The translations under genes and the position numbers were made by a program. A stretch of 38,801 nt of DNA, taken from assembly GCA_032718475.1 (NCBI GenBank), contig JAUCBJ010002644.1, positions 1 through 38,801 of the forward strand. Reading direction: 5' to 3'. The notes under the pieces were generated by a model, which ran no database searches, had not been told where the DNA came from, and worked only from the letters and a program-made list of their open reading frames with translations. Below are positions 1-10,600 of this stretch, in pieces. How positions within the stretch are numbered: the stretch's first letter is position 1; the number at the start of each line of letters is the position of its first letter. The stretch is from Nemertoderma westbladi. Its lineage: Eukaryota > Animalia > Xenacoelomorpha.

Positions 1-118
1 TTACAATATAAATAACATTCACCTATGGTGGCTGATGGATTAATGGTACATCTTTACTTTGACTTATAAAAAAGAGTTGTATCTCATTTGATTCATAGGA
101 TATTGTAAATATAGTGCC

Positions 119-1905
119 CGTTACGGACTCACATGCAAATGGACAAAGAAAAATTACCCAATTGTATTTTGACAAATTCTCTTGAAATGTTTAACGCCAT
201 ACGTTATAACTTTCACAATGCGAGGTAGATACATCAAATTTTGTAAATTTGTAAGTTAATAGCAGAAACATATGGTGGTAAACCTCATTTATAGAGAAAT
301 TGTTCGTTACGGACTCACAGAAAAAATTGTTACGGACTCACACTTGAAATCGTTATGCACTCGTTATTTTGTTTAGAAAAAAAAGAGCAACGACCAATGA
401 CTGTTTATGGTATTTATTCAATAAATATATTTATTGCTTATATACCTTTCGCTTTCACAATGTACCTTAAGTATCACTATTAGATATATCTTTAGTAGTG
501 TTCATATTTTGAGTAGGCATATTTGGTGTGTGTATAGTAGTGTATATTTAATATCCTATAAGTTCATATGACCATAATTTGTTAAAATGACCAATTTCTA
601 ATTCTTTAACAACATAAATACCACGTTCACGGAAAATTTTTTATACTGGAAAATAAATTTTGAACAGTATTTCGTTGTATTTATGTTTTACGATCACTAC
701 TATCACAGTACTTAAGTTATTCCACCTTGGCGTAGTTGGTTAAATCGGTGGCATTGAAATCACATCTCTCCTTGGGTCGTGGGTTCGATCCCATCATGAG
801 GGCTAGGGTAGTTTTCGTTTCGGCACGAATACTTTAAAGACCATAAAGGGACTTATTAGCCAGGGCGCATCTCTTCCTTCCGTAAATGGTAGCTAAATGA
901 GAACTGGAGTTTCCTCTGGGGAATATAGGAGGGGACCGCACTGGAAATATACACTTTATTATTGAGACTTTGTGCGTAATCCCTGGCCTAACTGACGATA
1001 TGTTTTGTATCTCAATCCATCATTCGCTCACTCGTTTCATGAAATCTTGGCGAACTTCGAGTGTATCATACTATACCATCTTGGTCAGTAACTTCTGTCA
1101 TCCGTGATATATGCCGTTTGGCCCTTTCGGCCCAGAAATGTGAGTATTAGACGTAAGAGACAGGATTAAACGGGCGCAATGAAGAATGTCGTACATTAGG
1201 ATGATGTATGAATGAATACGTTCGAATGTACTGTCGATGGACAATTGTCAGACTAAAAGGAGCTGAATACTTTCAGTTTACATAGTGAATAATGTATACA
1301 AAGCAGAATGATTCTTACCTAACCTACCGCCTGGTGAGTCCGTAACGGAAAATTTGTGAGTCCGTAACGCTATTCTTAAACAGTTCAGCTGCAATACAGA
1401 CCATAGAGACCTAATGGATGGTTTTGATTGGTTGTAAACCCAAAGGAAAATGATTGTCAGTGCAATACACATGCGGGGTGTACTCCAAATTAAAACTTTA
1501 AGTACTTTTCGTTACGGACTCACATAATTCTGTAGGCCAAATCTAAAATTTTTGAAACATTGAATACACAATGCTATTCTGTCAATATTCAAATTTTTAT
1601 CATCAATAAGCTTCTAATAAATGTTGAATTTTCGGTTGGTGTAATTACCTGTCTTAATCAGACAATTTCAATGGTAGTAAGATTATGTCAAAAATGACAT
1701 GTAATAATTTCTGCAAATTTGAAAATACGTAAAAAAAATTTACCATATTTAATAATGAAAAACCAGTTGTTACCCTCAAAAAAATTAAGAATCCGTCACT
1801 TTTATTAAAAATGTAATTCTTTCTCGTCATTTTGATGCCAAAATTATGCTGATTAGATGACTTTTTATTTTCGACATAAGTGTTACATCAATGGTGGAAT
1901 TGCCC
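119..1905. mobile_element. Probable non-autonomous DNA transposon remnant with repeated subterminal motif CGTTACGGACTCAC; left end not seen; interrupted by a SINE
   Basis: The 14-mer (C)GTTACGGACTCAC is at 119-132, 305-318, 329-341 and 1510-1523, and inverted at 1334-1347 and 1356-1369. A TIR-like end GGTGGAATTGCCC at 1893-1905 is followed by TAA. Superfamily cannot be determined. Confidence 0.45.
721..1000 (+). mobile_element. tRNA-derived SINE (family 1)
   Basis: Pol III box A TGGCGTAGTTGG at 728-739 and box B GGTTCGATCCC at 782-792. There is no pairing acceptor stem, and a ~200-bp non-tRNA body follows. The 3' end is approximate. Confidence 0.75.
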
Positions 1906-2339
1906 TAATTACTATTATGTGAATTGTGAGGTGTGAGATTGTTACTGTTGTTGCTGATAGGGAAATAATTAATTATCCTAAGATAATCTCCAGCGCAATC
2001 AATTGTTGCACTGGAGTTCCGATGCTGATCCAGGTATATATAAAACTAAACTAATGAGTCGAGATATGAAATACATAAAATATAAAATATTGGATGGAAA
2101 AGGTTATGGAAAATTGGTAAGATCTATGTTTTATTGATTGTTTACAGTGTACTTTAATTTAATATTTTAGAAGGTGACCTATTTCGAAAAGGGTACTGTA
2201 TTTTAGATTTTTTATGTTTTACGTCAGCAGAGGAATCAGAGTTCCATATCGTTGGCCCTGAAAAATATTTATTACTGTTTGGAAATTATTGGAAAACTAA
2301 TGGATCTTTGAGATGAGCAATGACCATATCCTTGCCTTA

Positions 2340-2712
2340 AGGCCTGTTTACACGTGGCAACATTTAGAGCAACTTTCTCGGCAACTTATAGAGCAAACCA
2401 GGTTGCCGATCAAGTTGCTCCGTGTAAACACGTAAAAAAGTTGCCGTAAAAGTTGCTCAACTTTTAAGGAACTTGAAGGAATTTGCGTTGGCGAATAAAG
2501 CGGGATAATCAGATTTAATTATCAAACTAGCTAGTAAATAAAATGACCCACTATTTTACAGTTAAACTCGCTCTAAAAGTTGCTCTAAAAGTTGCCGGCC
2601 ATGTTGCTGGTAAAGTTGCCACGTGTAAACAGCGATTAAATTAAGTTGCTCCAAGAAACGTTGCTAGTTGCCGAGAAAGTTGATCTAAAAGTTGCCACGT
2701 GTAAACAGACCT
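2340..2712. mobile_element. MITE, PIF/Harbinger-like
   Basis: Long imperfect TIRs: AGGCCTGTTTACACGTGGCAAC...AACTTTCTCGGCAACT on the left and AGTTGCCGAGAAAGTT...GTTGCCACGTGTAAACAGACCT on the right. TTA flanks both sides (2337-2339, 2713-2715). Internal AGTTGC repeats and no ORF. Confidence 0.85.
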
Positions 2713-3015
2713 TTAGGGGTAGAATAGCTTACGTTGATAGTTAGACGTAAAGGATAATATATTATCTGTTGAATAAGTTAAATTTGTATAAGTTACTGTA
2801 TAATGTACAATGCTCTATATGTATATTACATGTTCTCATACTGTATAATATTAATATTGATGTTTCAATATTTACAAAGTATAATAATTCTAATAAAAAT
2901 ATGTATGGTAGAAAAATACTTTATTGCGTTTTTCCTTTCTCTCTGCGTTTTTCCTCCCTCTCTGGTCATTTTTCCGCGTAATTCTTTTCCCCCCTTGTTT
3001 ACAGTCTGTTTTACC

Positions 3016-3259
3016 CCAGCCCTAGCTCAGTTGGTTGAGCGCCGGGCCTGCAATCTATTGGTTGTAGGTTCAGCCCCGCCAGGGTCCACTCAGCCTTTCA
3101 TCCACTGGGGTCGATAAAATGAGTACCAGTTAAATAACTGGGAGCAAATCTTGGGATAGGAGTAGCGCCCACCCCTACCCTCGGGTAGCAGCTATCGAAA
3201 GAGGAGCCTTCGGGTCGCCTCCGGCTTCGGCCGACTGTTTGCTTGCTTTGCTTGCTTAC
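3016..3259 (+). mobile_element. tRNA-derived SINE (family 2) with conserved-type central domain and structured 3' end
   Basis: Box A TAGCTCAGTTGG at 3023-3034 and degenerate box B GGTTCAGCCCC at 3067-3077. The central ACTCAGCCTTTCATCC...GGGGTCGATAAAATGAGTACCAG (3088-3129) resembles, from recall, the core of Sauria/MetaSINE-type elements. It ends in a (TTGC)n-like tail at 3236-3259. Confidence 0.82.
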
Positions 3260-3531
3260 GCTAATTATTAGGCTACGCTAACTACTTGACTATGCTAACT
3301 ATTTGGCTATGCTAACTATTTGGCTACGCTAACTATTTGGCAACGCGAATTATTTGGCTACGCTAACTATTTAGCTATGCTAACTATTTGGCTACGCTAA
3401 CTATTTGGCAACGCTAATTATTTAGCCCTGCTAACTATTTGGTTATGCTAACTATTTGGCAACGCTAACTATTTGGCTACGCTAACTATTTAGCCATGCT
3501 AACTATTTGGTTATGTTAACTATTTCGCTAT
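3258..3531. repeat. 17-bp minisatellite (GCTAACTATTTGGCTAT)n, block 1
   Basis: About 16 diverged tandem copies read directly from the sequence. Confidence 0.95.
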
Positions 3532-3559
3532 TTTAAATATTCTTAGTGTTCAACTTCAG

Positions 3560-3656
3560 GAATTCGGCTTATGATGAGATACCATGCACCACTCTGAATA
3601 GGGAGGCGTTATTAGTAACGTTATTTATACTTGTTGTTATAATTCAATGTCTCTGA
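3560..3656 (+). CDS. Candidate terminal coding exon, copy 1 (NSAYDEIPCTTLNREALLVTLFILVVIIQCL*), with a C-terminal hydrophobic/GPI-like tail
   Basis: TTCAG acceptor at 3555-3559, then 31 open codons ending in TGA at 3654-3656. The frame is preserved in the duplicate at 5946-6042. No upstream exon or homologue was recognised. Confidence 0.3.
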
Positions 3657-3754
3657 AGCATTGTGTTCTACAACGCTTTTTTGTAAGTTGTTTGTGTTTT
3701 CCACTTACAATTTTCTTTAAAAATGTTTGATATTGTATATAATAGTGAAAAATT

Positions 3755-3852
3755 AATCGAAAATCATTTCAAATGAAAAAAAATTTCGATCGATTATTAT
3801 CGACAAGATTTTCGATCGATTATCGATTTTCAATCAATTTTGGACAACCCTA
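3755..3852. mobile_element. DNA transposon/MITE terminal fragment (hAT-like ...CAACCCTA end with ATCGAT subterminal repeats)
   Basis: A cluster of (A)TCGAT motifs ends in ACAACCCTA at 3844-3852. No partner end was seen. Confidence 0.45.
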
Positions 3853-4177
3853 TCAACTCCTGATGCTGCCTTACTCAATGTTAAATGAATTAGTGTTCTC
3901 GAATATTTATTACGTAACTAGAGAGCCGCTTAACTACATAAACCAATATTGGATATTGAGTTCCATTTTGGAGTTCGCCTTACAGATACTAAAGTTGCTA
4001 TAACTTTTGAGTGTGTGAATGGATTTTACTGAAATTACGTGCAAACCTTTTTTACTTCGATGTTCTTTCTACACATGTAATAAAACTTCAGAAGTTCCAA
4101 AAAAAATACTTTATTTGACTTTTTCGCCAGGAAAAAATTAACATCAATGCAATCCTATGGATTACTTTTTCTCCAGG

Positions 4178-4261
4178 GAAACAGTACCGGTACTCCTATT
4201 TCTCCCGATACAGTACCGCTACTCCTATTTCTCCCGAAACAGTACCGGTACTCCTATTTCT
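4178..4261. repeat. 29-bp tandem repeat x3 (ACAGTACCGGTACTCCTATTTCTCCCGAA)
   Basis: Copies start at 4181, 4210 and 4239. Confidence 0.9.
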
Positions 4262-4265
4262 ACTT

Positions 4266-5436
4266 CTATTTGGCTATGCGAACTATTTGGCTAGGCTAAC
4301 TATTTATTTGACTATGCTAATTATTTGGCTATGCTAACTATTTGACTATGCTATCTATTTGGCTATGCTAAGTATTTGGCTATGCTAATTATTTGGCTAT
4401 GCTAACTATTTGGCTATGCTAACTATTTGACTATGCTAAATATTTGGCTATGCTAACTATTTGGCTATGCTAACTATTTGGCTGCGCAAACTATTTGGCT
4501 ATGCTAACTACTTGGCTAAGTTAACTATTTGGCTATGCTAACTATTTGGCTATGCTAACTATTTGGCTATGCTAACTATTTGGCTATGCTATCTATTTGG
4601 TTACGCTTACTACTTGACTACGCTAACTATTTGGCTATGCTAACTATTTGGCCATGTTAACTATTTGGCTATGCTAACTATTTGGCTATGCTAAGTATTT
4701 GGCTACGCTTACTACTTGACTACGCTAACTATTTGGCTACGCTAACTATTTGGCTATGCTAACTATTTGGCTATGCTAACTATTTGGCTATGCGAACTAT
4801 TTGGCTAGGCTAACTATTTATTTGACTATGCTAATTATTTGGCTATGCTAACTATTTGACTATGCTATCTATTTGGCTATGCTAAGTATTTGGCTATGCT
4901 AATTATTTGGCTATGCTAACTATTTGGCTATGCTAACTATTTGACTATGCTAAATATTTGGCTATGCTAACTATTTGGCTATGCTAACTATTTGGCTGCG
5001 CAAACTATTTGGCTATGCTAACTACTTGGCTAAGTTAACTATTTGGCTATGCTAACTATTTGGCTATGCTAACTATTTGGCTATGCTAACTATTTGGCTA
5101 TGCTATCTATTTGGTTACGCTTACTACTTGACTACGCTAACTATTTGGCTATGCTAACTATTTGGCCATGTTAACTATTTGGCTATGCTAACTATTTGGC
5201 TATGCTAAGTATTTGGCTACGCTTACTACTTGACTACGCTAACTATTTGGCTACGCTAACTATTTGGCTATGCTAACTATTTGGCTATGCTAACTATTTG
5301 GCTATGCTAACTATTTGGCTATGCTAATTATTTGGCTACGTTAATTATTTGGCTACGTTAATTATTTGGCTACGCTAACTATTTGGCTATGCTAACTATT
5401 TGGCTATGCTAACTATTTGACTATGCTAACTATTTG
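4266..5436. repeat. 17-bp minisatellite (GCTAACTATTTGGCTAT)n, block 2, with an internal 514-bp higher-order duplication
   Basis: About 68 copies. The same series of variant units restarts at an offset of 514 (GCGAAC variant at 4278 and 4792). Confidence 0.97.
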
Positions 5437-5663
5437 TCATAATGTCTCTCACTTCTATGTATACAAATGTTTGTGTTCCAATCCAATTCCGGTAGGTCGC
5501 GGTACCCGATGAACATCATATGTTCCTATTCGATCGCTAATGATGATATTTTCATTCTGATATCGCATAGTAACGCGGTATGTTGACCAATCAAATAAAC
5601 TCAGTCTCTGAAGCGCTTAGATTCGATATGTTAAAAAATACCCACTATTTAAACTAATGTAAA

Positions 5664-5915
5664 CTAACTATTTGGCTACGCTAACTATTTGGCTACGCTA
5701 ACTATTTGGCTATGCTAACTATTTGACTACGCTAACTATTTGGCTACGCTAACTACTTGACTATGCTAACTATTTGGCTATGCTAACTATTTGGCTATGC
5801 TAACTATTTGGCTATGTTAACTATTTGGCTATGCTAACTATTTGGCTACGCTAACTATTTGGCTACGCTAACTATTTAGCCATGCTAACTATTTGGTTAT
5901 GCTAACTATTTCGCT
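5664..5915. repeat. 17-bp minisatellite, block 3
   Basis: About 15 tandem copies, ending with the same variant units as block 1. Confidence 0.95.
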
Positions 5916-5945
5916 ATTTTAAATATTCTTAGTGTTCAACTTCAG

Positions 5946-6042
5946 GAATTCGGCTTATGATGAGATACCATGCACCACTCTGAATAGAGAGGCGTTATTA
6001 GTAACGTTATTTATATTTGCTGTTATAATTCAATGTCTCTGA
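5946..6042 (+). CDS. Candidate terminal coding exon, copy 2 (NSAYDEIPCTTLNREALLVTLFIFAVIIQCL*)
   Basis: Duplicate of 3560-3656 at an offset of 2386. The differences are AGG/AGA (synonymous), L/F and V/A. Acceptor and stop are retained. Confidence 0.3.
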
Positions 6043-6934
6043 AGCATTTTGTTCTACAACGCTTTTTTGAATTGTTTTCTGTTTGTGTCAGTGAGTGACT
6101 AATGCCAATTAATGAAGATAACCCTGCATTATTAGTACGGTATGTGGAACAGCATACTGGTATATATATATACCAGTATACATACATATTTATGCTATAC
6201 ATATACTAATAACTTTAAGCAAATCCCATCTTGGCGAATTAATGTCCCGCCTCAATGTTTAATTCTCAATTTAGGGAAAGGAGCAGGTAACACTTGCACG
6301 TTATTTCAACCAAAACAATAAACTAAACAATAGTATTCGTATACAATTCACAACCGCCTAAAATTTACATCTTGTTAAACATTTTGTCGCTTTGAAGCGA
6401 TTTTTTATGAAATGCATTAGGCCCATAAGTAGTTTTGAGATTTTGTCTGAGTCCGTATGTGAAAAGTATAGCTCCCGTACTCCATTGGTAAAAGTCAAAA
6501 CTCATTTGTTAAAATATATAAGATGCGTCTCACATTTACTAAATATTTCTACTCAAAGTAACCAATCACAGGCCTTCAGCATGCCATAAGTCATGAGTTG
6601 ATTATTGTAGATGGAATTATTATTATTATTTCAGATAGGGGGGAAAATTGGATGCAATAAAAATTAATCCCTCTCCAGGAGAAATTCGACGCAAATAACA
6701 TCTGATTACTCTCAAAAATGAATTCGATGTCGTTTAAGGCCGAAGTATGGGGGTACTTCCCGTCCCATAAAAGGCCATAACGGACAAGGCCGCTCTCCAC
6801 TCCACCCACTTTAATTGCCCCTAGGTGCTGATTGATCTCTAGTAAACTTGGCTTTAGAAATAAAAAAATTCATTTATTTCACAAAAAAATATAAAGTTTC
6901 ATGGGTCATTTAGTGTATTTCACTAATTATACAA

Positions 6935-7035
6935 AATTCCGGTTCCGGCCGGAATTCCGGCCGGAATATTCCGGCATGTTGAATTCCGGTTCCGGTTCCG
7001 ACCGGAATCAAAATATCGATTCCGGGACATCCCTA
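6935..7035. mobile_element. MITE terminal fragment (hAT-like ...CATCCCTA end with TTCCGG subterminal repeats)
   Basis: A dense TTCCGG/CCGGAA cluster ends in GGACATCCCTA at 7025-7035. Confidence 0.55.
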
Positions 7036-7049
7036 ATTTAATTTATACT

Positions 7050-7148
7050 TTGGGATCCCGTTCCAAAACGGCGTGATCGGGATTGCATTTTTCGCGGGGA
7101 TCCCGGTTTTTCGGGATCGGGATCCCGTTTAATTTAGTTACCTCACTG
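7050..7148. mobile_element. MITE terminal fragment (hAT-like ...CACTG end with GGGATCCCG repeats)
   Basis: Three GGGATCCCG palindromes plus ATCGGGAT motifs, ending in CACTG at 7144-7148. Confidence 0.45.
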
Positions 7149-7681
7149 CGTATATTTTTATTTTCCAAATTAAGAAAAAACATGAAATTAAACCATAGCA
7201 TTTTAAAAAAACAAATAAACAATGTGACAACAAAGTATAAAAAGATAATCAGGCAACAAGACCTGCCCCAACACCCATCTCGATAATAATAAATAATTAA
7301 ATACTAAATAAAGTATATGGTACCGTAACATATGCACTACTCTATAACAACCAGGTGTATAGTAATGATAAACGTCCGCCAACTGCGCTCTCCCTATAAA
7401 GTGGCTCGCCATTGTTTTTATTTTAAATATATAAACAGTTTACACTAATAATAGTATTCTAAGTTGGTAAAGTTTTATCTAATGATGAGAAATTATATAT
7501 ATTTTTGATTTTAAGACGTTTATATGACGTCATCCTATGATATTTGTACACATGATCTCTGAAGCAGATTGTAACATAATCTATTATCTAAGGATGGGTG
7601 TTATTATATACATATATTTATATTAGCCATATTGCCATATAATGTAAATTTATAATATGAAGATAACCATTTTTTCCTAAG

Positions 7682-10600
7682 AGTTAGCTAAGAAACGAAC
7701 CTTGTTTTCTTACAGTTAGCTAAGAAGCGAACCTTGTTTTCTTACAGTTAGCTAAGAAGCGAACCTTGTTTTCTTACAGTTAGCTAAGAAACGAACCTTG
7801 TTTTCTTACAGTTAGCTAAGAAACGAACCTTGTTTTCTTACAGTTAGCTAAGAAACGAACCTTGTTTTCTTACAGTTAGCTAAGAAGCGAACCTTGTTTT
7901 CTTACAGTTAGCTAAGAAACGAACCTTGTTTTCTTACAGTTAGCTAAGAAACGAACCTTGTTTTCTTACAGTTAGCTAAGAAGCGAACCTTGTTTTCTTA
8001 CAGTTAGCTAAGAAACGAACCTTGTTTTCTTACAGTTAGCTAAGAAACGAACCTTGTTTTCTTACAGTTAGCTAAGAAGTGAACCTTGTTTTCTTACAGT
8101 TATCTCAGAACGGAACCTTTTGTTCTTACAGTTAGCTAAGAAACGAACCTTGTTTTCTTAAAGTTATCTCAGAACGGAACCTTTTGTTCTTACAGTTAGC
8201 TAAGAAACGAACCTTGTTTTTTTACAGTTATCTCAGAACGGAACCTTTTGTTCTTACAGTTAGCTAAGAAACGAACCTTGTTTTCTTAAAGTTATCTCAG
8301 AACGGAACCTTTTGTTCTTACAGTTAGCTAAGAAACGAACCTTGTTTTCTTACAGTTATCTCAGAACGGAACCTTTTGTTCTTACAGTCAGCTAAGATGC
8401 GAACCTTGTTTTCTTACAGTTAGCTAAGAAGCGAACCTTGTTTTCTTACAGTTAGCTAAGAAACGAACCTTGTTTTCTTACAGTTATCTCAGAACGGAAC
8501 CTTTTGTTCTTACAGTTAGCTAAGAAACGAACCTTGTTTTCTTAAAGTTATCTCAGAACGGAACCTTTTGTTCTTACAGTTAGCTAAGAAACGAACCTTG
8601 TTTTTTTACAGTTATCTCAGAACGGAACCTTTTGTTCTTACAGTTAGCTAAGATGCGAACCTTGTTTTCTTACAGTTAGCTAAGAAGCGAACCTTGTTTT
8701 CTTACAGTTAGCTAAGAACCGAACCTTGTTTTCTTCCAGTTAGCTAAGAAACGAACCTTGTTTTCTTACAGTTAGCTAAGAAGCGAACCTTGTTTTCTTA
8801 CAGTTAGCTAAGAAACGAACCTTGTTTTCTTACAGTTAGCTAAGAAACGAACCTTGTTTTCTTACAGTTAACTAAGATGCGAACCTTGTTTTCTTACAGT
8901 TAGCTAAGAAGCGAACCTTGTTATATTACAGTTAGCTAAGAAACGAACATTATTTTCTTACAGTTAGCTAAGAAACGAACCTTGTTTTCTTACAGTTAGC
9001 TAAGAAACGAACCTTGTTTTCTTACAGTTAGCTAAGAAACGAACCTTGTTTTCTTACAGTTAGCTAAGATGCGAACCTTGTTTTCTTACAGTTATCTCAG
9101 AACGGAACCTTTTGTTCTTACAGTTAGCTAAGAAGCGAACCTTGTTTTCTTACAGTTAGCTAAGAAGCGAACCTTGTTTTCTTACAGTTAGGTAAGATGC
9201 GAACATTGTTTTTTTACTGTTATCTCAGAACGGAACCTTTTGTTCTTACAGTTAGCTAAGAAGCGAACCTTGTTTTCTTACAGTTATCTCAGAACGGAAC
9301 CTTTTGTTCTTACAGTTAGCTAAGAAGCGAACCTTGTTTTCTTACAGTTATCTCAGAACGGAAGCTTTGGTTCTTACAGTTAGCTAAGAAGCGAACCTTG
9401 TTTTTTACAGTTATTTCAGAGCGGAACCTTTTGTTCTTACAGTTAGCTAAGATGCGAACATTGTTTTCTTACAGTTATCTCAGAACGGAACCTTTTGTTC
9501 TTACAGTTAGCTAAGATGCAAACATTGTTTTCTCACAGTTATCTCAAAACGGAACCTTTTGTTCTTACAGTTAGCTAAGAAGCGAACCTTGTTTTCTTAC
9601 AGTTAGCTAAGATGCGAACATTGTTTTTTTACTGTTATCTCAGAACAGAACCTTTTGTTCTTACAGTTAGCTAAGAAGCGAACCTTGTTTTCTTACAGTT
9701 AGCTAAGAAACGAACCTTGTTTTCTTCCAGTTAGCTAAGAAACGAACCTTGTTTTCTTACAGTTAGCTAAGAAGCGAACCTTGTTTTCTTACAGTTAGCT
9801 AAGAAACAAACCTTGTTTTCTTACAGTTAGCTAAGAAACGAACCTTGTTTTCTTACAGTTAGCTAAGATGCGAACCTTGTTTTCTTACAGTTAGCTAAGA
9901 AGCGAACCTTGTTTTATTACAGTTAGCTAAGAAACGAACATTGTTTCTTACAGTTAGCTAAGAAACGAACCTTGTTTTCTTACAGTTAGCTAAGAAACGA
10001 ACCTTGTTTTCTTACAGTTAGCTAAGAAACGAACCTTGTTTTCTTACAGTTAGCTAAGATGCGAACCTTGTTTTCTTACAGTTATCTCAGAACGGAACCT
10101 TTTGTTCTTACAGTTAGCTAAGATGCGAACATTGTTTTCTTACAGTTATCTCAAAACGGAACCTTTTGCTCTTACAGTTAGCTAAGAAGCGAACCTTGTT
10201 TTCTTACAGTTAGCTAAGAAACGAACCTTGTTTTCTTACAGTTAGCTAAGATGCGAACATTGTTTTTTTACTGTTATCTCAGAACGGAACCTTTTGTTCT
10301 TACAGTTAGCTAAGAAGCGAACCTTGTTTTCTTACAGTTATCTCAGAACGGAACCTTTTGTTCTTACAGTTAGCAAAGAAGCGAACCTTGTTTTCTTACA
10401 GTTATCTCAGAACGGAAGCTTTGGTTCTTACAGTTAGCTAAGAAGCGAACCTTGTTTTTTACAGTTATCTCAGAACGGAACCTTTTGTTCTTACAGTTAG
10501 CTAAGATGCGAACATTGTTTTCTTACAGTTATCTCAGAACGGAACCTTTTGTTCTTACAGTTAGCTAAGATGCAAACATTGTTTTCTTACAGTTATCTCA

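Noticed and set aside
2054-2116. Possible exon MSRDMKYIKYKILDGKGYGKL followed by GTAAGA
   Set aside because: The donor is good, but there is no homology and I could not link it in phase to a convincing next exon.
721-3090. Functional tRNA genes at 721-800 and 3016-3090
   Set aside because: The acceptor and anticodon stems do not pair, and both continue into SINE bodies and tails.
3560-3614. TTLNREALL as the SLC3 N-terminal GLxKEELL motif
   Set aside because: The resemblance is weak, and the ~200 aa of TM and GH13 exons that would have to lie between it and 33144 are not visible.
6087-6286. Possible micro-exons (6087-6139 ending CG|GTATGT; 6275-6286 GGAAAGGAGCAG|GTAACA)
   Set aside because: Splice-like motifs only. 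They are expected by chance in AT-rich DNA and cannot be supported without RNA data.
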